Shown: positions 8,434 to 17,742, counted from the stretch's first letter. The stretch is DNA of 64,000 nt from an uncultured Planctomycetia bacterium (GCA_964565425.1 CAZMEZ010000004.1:24907-88906); one strand, 5' to 3'. Translations and numbers: made by a program. The notes: a model not told the origin generated them from the letters alone.

Positions 8434-9807
8434 GTGAACGAAAAAAACACGGAGCGCAACATGGAAAAAGAAAAAATAGTGCTACTGGTCGACGATGACG
8501 AGACGGTTTGCGGTCTTCTCGAGAAGATCGTGTCCCCGATGGTCGAAGAGAAGGTGGTCTGCGCTTTCACCGGCGCGGAAGCGAATAATATCATAAAGAA
8601 GAAGGAGCTCGCCCTCGCTATACTCGATTATAAGCTGCCCGATACGGACGGCATAGAACTGATGAAGAAGATAAAAGCCGTCGATAACGAAGTTCCCGTC
8701 GTAATAGTGACGGGCTTCGGCTCCATAGAGACGGGCGTCGAGGCGATCAAGCACGGCGCGTACGACTATCTTTTAAAACCTTTCCAGCCCGAGAAGATAC
8801 ACGCCCTTGTCAGGGGGCTCGTAAATTACAAGAAGCTCCGGGAGGAGAACCTTGCGCTCAGGGAAGAGCTTGGTTTGAGATACAGCATGGGGCGCCTGAT
8901 AGGTAAAAGCGAGAAGATACGCAAGATCTACGACCAGATCCCGAACCTCGTGAATACCGATTCGACGGTCCTCATACAGGGAGAAAGCGGAACGGGAAAA
9001 GAACTGCTCGCGAGGGCCATTCACTCTAATTCGCCGCGCAAGGACAAGCCTTTTGTCGTAGCCGACTGCACGGCGCTTGCCGAGAGTCTGCTGGAAAGCG
9101 AGCTCTTCGGGCACGAGAAAGGGTCGTTCACGGGGGCCATACGCCAGAAGATCGGGAGGTTCGAACAGGCGGATGGCGGGACGATATTCCTGGACGAGAT
9201 AGGCGATATCTCCGCGGCGGCGCAACTTAAGCTGCTCAGGGTACTCCAGGAGATGACCTTTGAAAGGGTCGGGGGCGAAGAGACCATAAAGGTCGACGTA
9301 CGCGTAATAGCCGCGACGAACAAAGACCTGGACAGGCTCATGCAGGAAGGCAAGTTCCGGGAAGACCTGTTCTACCGTCTCAGCGTTATACCCGTATACA
9401 TGCCGCCGCTTCGTGAACGAAAGGTGGATATACCGTCGCTTGCCAGGTGTTTCGTTGACCAGTTCGCGGTAAAGAACGCGAAAAAGATAGAGAACATTTC
9501 CGACGACGCGTTCAGGCTGCTTATGGATCATGACTGGCCGGGCAACATACGCGAGCTCGAGAACGCCATGGAGAGGGCGGTTGTCGTAGCCCGTGGGAAC
9601 ATTATCCAGGAAGAGGACCTTCCGCCGAAAATATACAAGCAGCCGACAGGTGCCCCGGCGAGCAGTAATTCCCTTAAGGAGAACGAGAAATTCCTGATAA
9701 GCAGGGTGCTTGCTGAATGCGGTAACAACATGCTCAAGGCCGCCAAAGAACTCGGCATTTCCCGATCCACGCTTTACGGTAAGATGAAGAAGCTGGGGAT
9801 AAGATAG
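8434..9807 (+). CDS. Sigma-54-dependent two-component response regulator (NtrC/Fis family)
   Basis: Receiver domain (LLVDDDE..D), AAA+ sigma-54 activator domain (GESGTGKE, GAFTGA) and a C-terminal Fis-type helix-turn-helix. Confidence 0.85.
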   Translation: MNEKNTERNMEKEKIVLLVDDDETVCGLLEKIVSPMVEEKVVCAFTGAEANNIIKKKELALAILDYKLPDTDGIELMKKIKAVDNEVPVVIVTGFGSIETGVEAIKHGAYDYLLKPFQPEKIHALVRGLVNYKKLREENLALREELGLRYSMGRLIGKSEKIRKIYDQIPNLVNTDSTVLIQGESGTGKELLARAIHSNSPRKDKPFVVADCTALAESLLESELFGHEKGSFTGAIRQKIGRFEQADGGTIFLDEIGDISAAAQLKLLRVLQEMTFERVGGEETIKVDVRVIAATNKDLDRLMQEGKFREDLFYRLSVIPVYMPPLRERKVDIPSLARCFVDQFAVKNAKKIENISDDAFRLLMDHDWPGNIRELENAMERAVVVARGNIIQEEDLPPKIYKQPTGAPASSNSLKENEKFLISRVLAECGNNMLKAAKELGISRSTLYGKMKKLGIR

Positions 9808-9825
9808 GCGTGAGTCGTAGGTCTT

Positions 9826-9890
9826 GAGTGTATTCGTATTGCGTCGTGCGTATTGCGTGATGCGTATTGCGAACGTAATTATTGATTAAT
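9826..9890. repeat. Heptamer tandem array (tattgcg-type, about 7 units)
   Basis: gtattcg tattgcg tcgtgcg tattgcg tgatgcg tattgcg aacgtaa, directly after the activator gene stop. Confidence 0.55.
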
Positions 9891-10251
9891 AGTTATTGGT
9901 TATGACAGATTGCCGCGTCGCTTCGCTCCTCGCAATGACAGAAGAGGGCGACCCCAACTATTTACCATTCACGCCCTCCCTGCTCAGGCCATCCAATCCT
10001 CCCAAAACTGTACGAAAATCATACAATACCCGCCATATAGCTGTATTTCGTAATATGTTTTAAATAAAGCACTTACGAATGCATAGTGATTCATTGTGTC
10101 CGAAATGCGCACATAGCACTTTATCAGACATTTTTCGTCGAATTTACCTTCAAAAGATCTCTTCCGTTACGGAATTCACGATTTAATCCATTTAGTTTAA
10201 ACCATTTATAACAATTAATAATGCGTGAGTTTTAGGCCGGTATCTTCACTT

Positions 10252-10267
10252 TGGCACGGTTGTTGCA
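10252..10267 (+). promoter_or_regulatory. Sigma-54 (-24/-12) promoter
   Basis: TGGCAC at 10252-10257, exactly 5 nt, then TTGCA at 10263-10267. Lies about 55 nt upstream of the ATG at 10322. Located in a 514-bp AT-rich non-coding region between the sigma-54 activator gene and the transglutaminase-like gene, with rpoN next downstream. Confidence 0.7.
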
Positions 10268-10321
10268 ACTTTATATAAGTTGAAGCAATGGAACGGTCTT
10301 TAAAAGGAAAGAGGTGACAAG

Positions 10322-10822
10322 ATGAAGATAACGGTTTACAAAATATTAATATTCACGGTGATCGCGATGGTCATGTTGAACGTAACGGCCGACGATATCC
10401 ACTCACAGGGCATCGGTTCCGCGCCTTATGCAGTCACAACGCCGAATGAACTCGCCGAATGGATGGAAAAAGATTTCAGGTATTGCCTGACTTTTCCCGA
10501 CAGGTGGCAAACCCCTGAAGAGACCATGGAGGCAGGATCAGGCGACTGCGAGGATTTTGCCACTCTCGCTTCATATGTTCTTGACCATATCGGCGTGTCC
10601 AACGAAATACTGATCGTAAAGTTCAAGGGAACGGACGCGGGGCACGTGATATGCATATGGAGAGAAACAGACGGAAGTTTCAGCTATATTTCGAACCGGA
10701 AATTGTACCGCACCGGTGAAACGGATATTAAAAAAGCGATAGAAAGGTATTACCCGGAATGGGAAAGCGCTATCCTGACGGACGGGGAAGGGATAAAACT
10801 GGGAATGATGGCCCGAGAATAA
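10322..10822 (+). CDS. Secreted transglutaminase-like cysteine peptidase superfamily protein
   Basis: N-terminal signal/anchor (KILIFTVIAMVML). Catalytic-triad-like spacing with Cys in GDCEDFA, His in AGHVICIW and a downstream Asp. AAGGAAAGAGG ribosome-binding site. Confidence 0.55.
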   Translation: MKITVYKILIFTVIAMVMLNVTADDIHSQGIGSAPYAVTTPNELAEWMEKDFRYCLTFPDRWQTPEETMEAGSGDCEDFATLASYVLDHIGVSNEILIVKFKGTDAGHVICIWRETDGSFSYISNRKLYRTGETDIKKAIERYYPEWESAILTDGEGIKLGMMARE

Positions 10823-10850
10823 AAGAACACGGAAAGTCCATCGGCAGTAA

Positions 10851-10883
10851 AAAAGCCGGGCATGGCAGTGTCCGGCTTTTTTG
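10851..10883 (+). terminator. Rho-independent terminator after the transglutaminase-like gene
   Basis: Hairpin gccgggcatggcagtgtccggc followed by tttttt. Confidence 0.65.
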
Positions 10884-10971
10884 TATTGACGGCCCGAAAC
10901 GGATTTTGACATAATGATTCCAGGACGGGAGAAATTTCCGGTCCGGAACCTTTGCAAAAGGAGCCGATCTT

Positions 10972-12336
10972 ATGCCGGCGGATTACGGTATGGAAAGAAG
11001 CATGAGGCAGGTCCAGTATCTGTCCCAGCAGGCCCGGATAACGGTGCATATACTTCAGCTGCCCCTTCTTGAGCTGAGAGAGTACCTCGCGCGGGAACTG
11101 ACGGAAAATCCCATGCTCGAAGGAGACGAAGGGGAGCGGGACAGGGAGAACGTGGAGGATATCGAAAGCGCCAAAGAATACGACTTCATAACGAGAAGGT
11201 CGGGTGTTTACGACGAAGAAAGAGAAGAGAAGCGCAGGTACAGGGAAGCGCAGATAACCAAAGAAGAGACCCTCGAAGATCACCTCTTGTGGCAGCTGGA
11301 CATGTCCACCGAAGAAATAGATCACGGGATAGGGGAAGAGATTATAGGGGATCTTGACCGTAACGGATATCTCAGGTCCGATACCCGACGGATCGCCGAG
11401 AAGTTCTATGTTCCGCTCGAAAAGGTGGAGGAAATTTTGTTCCTGATCCAGGGGCTCCACCCGGCAGGGGTAGGGGCCAGGGACCTTAGGGAATGCCTTC
11501 TCGCGCAGCTGAGATCACAGGGCAAGGAAGATACCCTCGGTTACCGGATAGTGGAAACATGCCTTAAGGACCTTGAAAAAGGGGACGATGCGAGTCTCGC
11601 AAAAAAGCTTCGCGTAAAACAGGAAGATGTCGTGAAGGCCAGACAACTGATAAATTCGCTGGAACCCAAACCGGGAAGGATGTTCGCGCCCGGAGAAAGC
11701 GTTTGGGCCGTTCCGGATATAATTATCGAAAGGAAAGACGACAGGTTCAGCGTCAGCCTGAACGAACGGTTCCTGCCGAAACTGCGCCTGAGCTCTTATT
11801 ACTTAAAACTTCTGAAGGGCAAGAACGCGGATGATGATGTAAAGGGTTTTCTGGAAGAGAGGAAGACCAGGGCCCAGTGGGTGATAGAGGCGATCCTGCA
11901 AAGACGGGATACGATAAAGAAGGTCGCGGAATACATAGTGAATGTGCAGAAGGATTTTCTTGATGATCCGTGGGGCAGCGTCAAACCGCTTAAAATGGAA
12001 GAGATCGCCGAGGACCTGGGTGTAAGCAAATCGACAGTGAGCAGGGCGGTCGCGAAAAAATATGTCCAAACGGAATACGGGCTCCTGCCGCTCAAGCGTT
12101 TTTTCAGCACGGCATTGGCCGGGGAGAAGGGAGAAGATCTTTCGGCCGATCTTGTGAAGAAGAAGATCGGCGAAATGATCGCCGATGAAGACAAGCGAAC
12201 GCCGTTAAGCGATGCGGATATAGCCGGGCGGTTGGAAAAGGACGGGATAAACATAGCCCGCAGGACCGTGGCTAAATACCGCGAAGGATTGGGGATAGCC
12301 GCTCGTGGCCGAAGACGGAAAAAGCGGAAGGGCTGA
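10972..12336 (+). CDS. rpoN: RNA polymerase sigma-54 factor
   Basis: N-terminal Q/L-rich region I (LSQQARITVHILQLPLLEL). C-terminal RpoN box ARRTVAKYRE and a helix-turn-helix. The true start may be a downstream Met (MERSMRQ). Confidence 0.85.
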   Translation: MPADYGMERSMRQVQYLSQQARITVHILQLPLLELREYLARELTENPMLEGDEGERDRENVEDIESAKEYDFITRRSGVYDEEREEKRRYREAQITKEETLEDHLLWQLDMSTEEIDHGIGEEIIGDLDRNGYLRSDTRRIAEKFYVPLEKVEEILFLIQGLHPAGVGARDLRECLLAQLRSQGKEDTLGYRIVETCLKDLEKGDDASLAKKLRVKQEDVVKARQLINSLEPKPGRMFAPGESVWAVPDIIIERKDDRFSVSLNERFLPKLRLSSYYLKLLKGKNADDDVKGFLEERKTRAQWVIEAILQRRDTIKKVAEYIVNVQKDFLDDPWGSVKPLKMEEIAEDLGVSKSTVSRAVAKKYVQTEYGLLPLKRFFSTALAGEKGEDLSADLVKKKIGEMIADEDKRTPLSDADIAGRLEKDGINIARRTVAKYREGLGIAARGRRRKKRKG

Positions 12337-12423
12337 TACGGCCGTTGTATCTCTTTCGCTCTTGTGTTAAAATAATCACCTGCCATTCGGCCATTTCACG
12401 AAGAACATACACGGAGGCATAAT

Positions 12424-13926
12424 ATGAGCGGTATTTTCGGCGTCGTTTCCAGGGGTGATTGTTCCGAAGCTCTTCTCTACGGGACGGACTACCATTCGCA
12501 TCTGGGGACCGAGTACGGCGGCATCGCCGTGCTTGGCGATGGTTTCCAGAGACAGATACACAATATAAACAACAGCCAGTTCAAATCCAAGTTTTATGAA
12601 GACTCAAAGCGCATGAAAGGCAACAAGGGCATAGGCGTCATCAGCGACAGCAATGAACAGCCGATGTACCTTAGTTCGAAGTTCGGGCCGTTCTGCATAG
12701 TAACGAGCGGTCTCATAGAGAATTCCGAAGAGCTCATGCGGAACCTCCTCAAAAAAGGCCTTTCCTTCAGCGAGATAGCCGGCGGCAGGGTGAACGTGAC
12801 GGAGCTCATAGCCAAACTTATCAGCCAGGGTGACGACCTGATAGACGGGATAGAAAGGATGTTCGATTGTATAGACGGGTCCTGTTCGCTTCTTATCCTT
12901 AACGAGGACGGGGTATATGCCGTGAGGGACCGGTGGGGCTATACCCCGCTTATTATCGGCAGGCGCGATGACGCGTGCCCTGTTAGAGGCGATGGATCTG
13001 GCGGGGATAGCGCCTCTAACTGGGCGTGGGCCGTTACATCCGAAACCAGCGCTTTTCCCAATAACCGTTTTGAGGCCGTCAAGGAACTGGAGCCCGGGGA
13101 AATAGCCCTTTTGCGCGAAAAAGGGATCGAGACCCTGAGGCCCGGGAACGGGAAAAAGCAGATATGCACTTTCCTGTGGATATACACGGGTTTCCCGGCG
13201 TCGAGCTATGAAGGCATCAATACCGAGACCGTGAGGGAAAGATGCGGCAGAGCGTTGGCCCGCAAAGATAAGGATATCGAAGTGGACCTTGTTTCCGGGA
13301 TACCGGATTCGGGTGTCGCGCACGCGCTGGGATACTCCATGGAGTCCGGCAAACCCCTCCGCCGGCCGCTCGTGAAGTACACTCCGGGATACGGCCGCAG
13401 CTATACACCGCCTTCCCAGGAGACCAGGGACCTTATCGCGACAATGAAGCTCATACCGATAAAGGATATCATCGAAGGGAACAGGATAGTCGTATGCGAA
13501 GACTCGATCGTCAGGGGCACCCAGCTCAAGAACTATACGGTGAAAAAACTCTGGGACTGCGGCGCTAAAGAGGTGCACGCAAGACCGGCATGCCCGCCTT
13601 TGATGTACCCCTGCAAGTTCTGCCTTTCCACCCGCAGCATCCACGAGCTTGCCGCGCGCAAGGCGATAAAGAGCATCGAAGGCCATGATGTCGACGATGT
13701 CCCGGAATATATCGACCATACCACGGATAAGTACCGGGAAATGGTCGAATGGATAAGGAAGGACCTTGATGTTACGACCCTGAGGTACCAGACCCTGGAC
13801 GACATGATCGACGCGGTCGGCCTGCCGAGGGAGAAGCTGTGCACCTATTGCTGGACGGGGGAATGTCCTTTGACGAAAACGCCGGAAGAGCCGCAGAAAA
13901 GACATACGGCCAAAGCCGTCGGCTAA
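12424..13926 (+). CDS. Amidophosphoribosyltransferase (PurF)-like protein with Ser in place of the N-terminal nucleophile Cys
   Basis: Begins MSGIFGV, where PurF has MCGIVG. Has the class-II glutamine-amidotransferase fold and a C-terminal PRTase motif VVCEDSIVRGTQ. The C-terminal CxxC cluster resembles the PurF Fe-S ligands. GGAGG ribosome-binding site. Confidence 0.65.
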   Translation: MSGIFGVVSRGDCSEALLYGTDYHSHLGTEYGGIAVLGDGFQRQIHNINNSQFKSKFYEDSKRMKGNKGIGVISDSNEQPMYLSSKFGPFCIVTSGLIENSEELMRNLLKKGLSFSEIAGGRVNVTELIAKLISQGDDLIDGIERMFDCIDGSCSLLILNEDGVYAVRDRWGYTPLIIGRRDDACPVRGDGSGGDSASNWAWAVTSETSAFPNNRFEAVKELEPGEIALLREKGIETLRPGNGKKQICTFLWIYTGFPASSYEGINTETVRERCGRALARKDKDIEVDLVSGIPDSGVAHALGYSMESGKPLRRPLVKYTPGYGRSYTPPSQETRDLIATMKLIPIKDIIEGNRIVVCEDSIVRGTQLKNYTVKKLWDCGAKEVHARPACPPLMYPCKFCLSTRSIHELAARKAIKSIEGHDVDDVPEYIDHTTDKYREMVEWIRKDLDVTTLRYQTLDDMIDAVGLPREKLCTYCWTGECPLTKTPEEPQKRHTAKAVG

Positions 13927-13961
13927 GGATATAGGCCGTTTTGGCGGTCATGAAGCATTAA

Positions 13962-13997
13962 AGAGGGGCACACGGTATTTCAGGCGCCCCTCTTTTG
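13962..13997 (+). terminator. Probable rho-independent terminator
   Basis: agaggggc..gcccctct hairpin followed by ttt(g). The T-run is short. Confidence 0.45.
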
Positions 13998-14032
13998 ACA
14001 TTTGACGTTGAATAACAGGATCCGGAGAACGC

Positions 14033-14956
14033 ATGGCGAGAAAGAAGCTTTTATCGGGCATTGTCCTCACGGCGTGCATTCTGGGTTTGATCCTTATGAA
14101 TGAGGCGTTCACCATGTCATCCCGCGCGAAATTCATCAATAGTGATTCCCTGATAAAGAGCAGGGACAACTCCGTTTACGACATCGATATCGGCCCCGAT
14201 GGCAGGATATACGTGCCTGATTTCCGTAACGATAATGTGCTGGTCCTTGACAGGAACCTCAACGAGATCAGGCGCATAAAGGTCCCGACGCCGCATGCTC
14301 TGGCGGTGGCGGCGGACGGGTCCCTTTACGTGGCGACGTATAAGAGCGGAAGGGTCCACAAATTCGACCCGTCGCTTAAGGAACTCAAGGGCTGGGACAG
14401 GTCGCTGGTAAGAGGTAAAAAGATAGGGCTGCCTCTTGGGGTCGATACTGATAAGGAAGGGAACCTGCTGATAGCCGATTACGCGCTGAAAACCATTATA
14501 AAAGCCGACGGCGAAGGCCGGTATATCGGGGAATTCGATACCGGGAAAATGGCCGGAGGATCGGATTTTCTGCCCCATTCCGTAATGACGGACGGGGAGA
14601 AGTTCGTTTACGCGGCGGACAGGGGAAAACAAAAGGATATTCGGGTATTCAGGATCGATGGAGGGTATGTAGGGGCATGGGGTTGCCCCGCGGTAAAATT
14701 CGACCCCCTTACCGTGCGTTTTTTGGACCATGGACTCTTATTGGTCCCGAACTACAAAGACAGCAAGTTACACCTTTTTGACCTTTCCGGAAAGTGGCTT
14801 ACCGATATCGGTTCATACGGCGATAAGCCGGGTGAATTCCTGCGTGTTACTAATCTTGTTTCCGATGGGAACGGGCATATTTACGTGGTCGAAGAGGGTG
14901 GGAACCGTATCCAGGAGATAGACATGAGCGGGCTTATCGAAACCTACCGGGATTAA
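14033..14956 (+). CDS. NHL-repeat (six-bladed beta-propeller) protein, exported or membrane-anchored
   Basis: N-terminal hydrophobic anchor. Repeated motifs of the form PxGvavDxdGniYVaD, characteristic of NHL repeats. Confidence 0.6.
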   Translation: MARKKLLSGIVLTACILGLILMNEAFTMSSRAKFINSDSLIKSRDNSVYDIDIGPDGRIYVPDFRNDNVLVLDRNLNEIRRIKVPTPHALAVAADGSLYVATYKSGRVHKFDPSLKELKGWDRSLVRGKKIGLPLGVDTDKEGNLLIADYALKTIIKADGEGRYIGEFDTGKMAGGSDFLPHSVMTDGEKFVYAADRGKQKDIRVFRIDGGYVGAWGCPAVKFDPLTVRFLDHGLLLVPNYKDSKLHLFDLSGKWLTDIGSYGDKPGEFLRVTNLVSDGNGHIYVVEEGGNRIQEIDMSGLIETYRD

Positions 14957-15075
14957 AAGACCCCCATCCTGATTGGCCATGACCCTACCCTAATGTATCC
15001 TTACTGGGCGACCAATATTCCTCCTTTTGATTATTTAACAAAAAGCGCTTCCAAAAACCCTATCCAAAAAACAAA

Positions 15076-15104
15076 TTGACAGTATCTTATGTATTTACTA
15101 TAAT
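15076..15104 (+). promoter_or_regulatory. Sigma70 promoter (TTGACA-17-TATAAT) that should give a leaderless mRNA for the MarR-like gene
   Basis: TTGACA at 15076-15081, a 17-nt spacer, TATAAT at 15099-15104. The ATG at 15113 is only 8 nt downstream and has no Shine-Dalgarno sequence. Confidence 0.6.
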
Positions 15105-15112
15105 ACTGTTCA

Positions 15113-15478
15113 ATGAATGAACACCCCTTAAAAGAGGATATATTTAAGATCCTTCGCCTGTTATCCAACCAGGAGGACATGTCCCAGCGGGACCTGTCCG
15201 GTCATCTCGACATGTCACTGGGCAAGACCAATTATCTTTTGAAATCGATGGTCCAGCGCGGTCTCATAATGGTGAAGAACTTCACTGTCAGGGACCAGAA
15301 GATGAAAAAGGTCAAATACATACTGACTACGAACGGCCTGGACGAGAAGGTCCGGTTGGCATATTACTATCTCAAAAAGAAGGAAGCGGAGTATCTGGAG
15401 CTCAAGAACGAGCTGGAGAACGGTTCGGCGGCCGTAGAGGCGGACGTGAAGCCTTTGCCCGAAAAATCAGAGGTATGA
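15113..15478 (+). CDS. EPS-associated MarR-family winged-helix transcriptional regulator
   Basis: 121 aa. LSNQEDMSQRDLSGHLDMSLGKTNYLLKSMVQRGLI matches the short MarR subfamily found beside exopolysaccharide loci. Confidence 0.6.
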   Translation: MNEHPLKEDIFKILRLLSNQEDMSQRDLSGHLDMSLGKTNYLLKSMVQRGLIMVKNFTVRDQKMKKVKYILTTNGLDEKVRLAYYYLKKKEAEYLELKNELENGSAAVEADVKPLPEKSEV

Positions 15479-16380
15479 ACATGAAGGTATTTATTTCAAC
15501 GACGACTTTCGCGGAATACAGCAAAGAACCGCTTGAGCTCCTGCGTAAAAAGGGCATGGATTTCCGCATGAACCCGCACGGGAGAAAGCTCAACGAAGCG
15601 GAAATAGGCGATATCCTCGCCCGGCATGGATATGACGGCCTGATCGCCGGCACGGAGCCTTTGACCCGGAAAGTATTGGAAGGGGCCGGATCGCTTAAGG
15701 TCATATCCCGGGTCGGGGTGGGAACGGATAATGTGGATCTGGAAACGGCCGGGGAACTCGGGATAAAGGTCCTCAATACCCCTTCCGTCCTGGTCGATTC
15801 CGTGGCTGAACTCACCATAGGCATGATCATGTGCTGTCTGCGCAGGATCGTATCGGCGGACAGGAACGTGCGGAATAAAGCATGGAAGAAGGAGATGGGC
15901 GTGCTTTTCCGCGGCAAGACACTGGGGATCATAGGTCTGGGGAAGATAGGGAAAAGGGTCGCCCAGCTCGCGAAGGCGTTCGGGGCGAATGTTATCTTCT
16001 ATGACATCAAAAAGCTAAAAACAAGCCGGTACCGGCAGGTCAGCATGGAAAGGCTTCTGGCGGAGTCCGATATCATATCGGTCAACTCGTCCTCAAAGGA
16101 CGTCCTGATAACGGAAAAGGAAATATCAAGGATGAAAGACGGCGTGATCATCACGAACACTTCAAGGGGGTCGGCCGTTGACGAGGAAGGCCTCTATGAG
16201 GCCTTAAAAACAGGTAAGATATCGATGGCCGCGCTGGATGTTTTCAATGACGAGCCGTATCACGGCAAACTCGCCGAACTGGATAACGTGGTCATGACGC
16301 CGCACGTGGGTTCGTACGCCAGGGAGGCGCGGGTCATGATGGAGCTCGAAGCCGTGGAGAACCTGATAAGGGAATTATGA
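15475..16380 (+). CDS. D-isomer-specific 2-hydroxyacid dehydrogenase (phosphoglycerate-dehydrogenase-like)
   Basis: NAD-binding GIIGLGKIGKRVA motif and a catalytic His in MTPHVGS. Shares a 4-nt overlap with both neighbouring genes. Confidence 0.75.
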   Translation: MNMKVFISTTTFAEYSKEPLELLRKKGMDFRMNPHGRKLNEAEIGDILARHGYDGLIAGTEPLTRKVLEGAGSLKVISRVGVGTDNVDLETAGELGIKVLNTPSVLVDSVAELTIGMIMCCLRRIVSADRNVRNKAWKKEMGVLFRGKTLGIIGLGKIGKRVAQLAKAFGANVIFYDIKKLKTSRYRQVSMERLLAESDIISVNSSSKDVLITEKEISRMKDGVIITNTSRGSAVDEEGLYEALKTGKISMAALDVFNDEPYHGKLAELDNVVMTPHVGSYAREARVMMELEAVENLIREL

Positions 16381-17054
16381 AGAAGGACGACGGGATGAAA
16401 ACGAATAGCGGAAAGGTCTGTTTCCTTTCTCACGTGATGAGCGAGGGCACATCGCTTTACGGAGGCGATAGATCTATCAGCCTGAGGCGGGAAAGGTCCA
16501 TCCCGCGGGGGGACCATTGCAATACGATGCGCTGGTCTTTCCCCAACCATTCCGGGACCCACGTTGACGCGCCGCTGCATTTCATGGAAACGGGGGCTGC
16601 CGTTCCCGATTTCGGGCCCGGGGACTGGGTGTTCGTCAAAGTTTTCCTGGCCGAGGTATCCGACGCGGAACCCGGCCGGATGATCGGGCGGGAAGACCTC
16701 AAAGCGCTTGCGGATTGCGAGATACTGCTCATAAGGACGGGATTTGAAAAATACCGTTCAGGGAATATTTACTGGCAGGAATCTCCGGGGCTGCGTCCGG
16801 ATCTGGCCGGGCATCTCAAACGGAGCTGTCCGTCTATAAGGGCCGTGGGAATGGATTTTATATCCGTATCAAGCCTTAAGGACCGGGAGACGGGAAGACG
16901 CGCCCACAGGTCTTTCCTGGAGAACGGCATACTGCTTATAGAGGACATGAAGCTTTCGCCGCTTGTCAAAGCGCCGAAAAAGATAGTGGTAGCGCCTCTT
17001 CTGGTCGAAGGCGCGGACGGATCTCCCTGCACGGTGTTCGCTATGGAGGAGTGA
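16377..17054 (+). CDS. Cyclase-family protein (kynurenine-formamidase-like metal hydrolase)
   Basis: HSGTHVDAPLH motif of the cyclase / arylformamidase family. Confidence 0.65.
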   Translation: MKKDDGMKTNSGKVCFLSHVMSEGTSLYGGDRSISLRRERSIPRGDHCNTMRWSFPNHSGTHVDAPLHFMETGAAVPDFGPGDWVFVKVFLAEVSDAEPGRMIGREDLKALADCEILLIRTGFEKYRSGNIYWQESPGLRPDLAGHLKRSCPSIRAVGMDFISVSSLKDRETGRRAHRSFLENGILLIEDMKLSPLVKAPKKIVVAPLLVEGADGSPCTVFAMEE

Positions 17055-17060
17055 AGGGGA

Positions 17061-17714
17061 ATGATGCCAAACACGGATAAATATCGTTATTTCTTTTTCG
17101 ACTTCGACGGGGTCATCGTGGACAGCCTCGGCATAAAAGCGGAGGCGTTCGGCAGCCTTTTCGAGGAGTACGGGCGGGAGGTGGTCGATAAGGTGATCGA
17201 TTACCACCTGACGAACGGCGGCGTATCGCGATACGAAAAGTTCAAATATTATTATACAAACCTGATACACGAGGAGATAACCCCTGAAATAATGGGTGAA
17301 CTGGACAGGCTCTATTCCTCGAAGGTAGTGGAAAAGGTCGTCGCGGCCGCCGAGATAGACGGTGTTGTGGATTTCATACGGCGGCGGAACGACGAAGGGA
17401 AACTGTGTTTCGTGGTTTCAGCCACGCCCCAGGAAGAGATAAGGAGGATAACCCGGCTAAAGGGCATAGACCGGATCTTCAAGGAGGTCGTCGGATCGCC
17501 GAGGAAGAAAAGCGAGAATCTGGGATATATATTGGAGAAGTATTCGATAGAGCGGGGCGAAGCCGTTTTTTTCGGCGACGCGAAGAGTGACTATGAAGCG
17601 GCGCTTGAGAACGGCGTGGATTTTATCGGTGTAGTTGACGAAAAGAACAGGGAATTGGCGCTGATCGACGGAATAACCAGGATAAGGGATTTCCGGCACT
17701 TCGGGGCGCAATAG
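17061..17714 (+). CDS. HAD-superfamily hydrolase (phosphatase)
   Basis: DFDGVIVDS motif I at the N-terminus and GDAKSDYEAA motif IV. Confidence 0.7.
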   Translation: MMPNTDKYRYFFFDFDGVIVDSLGIKAEAFGSLFEEYGREVVDKVIDYHLTNGGVSRYEKFKYYYTNLIHEEITPEIMGELDRLYSSKVVEKVVAAAEIDGVVDFIRRRNDEGKLCFVVSATPQEEIRRITRLKGIDRIFKEVVGSPRKKSENLGYILEKYSIERGEAVFFGDAKSDYEAALENGVDFIGVVDEKNRELALIDGITRIRDFRHFGAQ

Positions 17715-17742
17715 GGATAAAGCATTTAAGGAGGAACACGAG

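Noticed and set aside
9891-10240. Possible tRNA or small-RNA gene in the long AT-rich gap before the transglutaminase gene
   Set aside because: No cloverleaf-compatible segment or conserved T-loop (GTTCRANYC) was seen. The region is better explained as a sigma-54 enhancer/promoter region. This is not excluded without a covariance-model scan.
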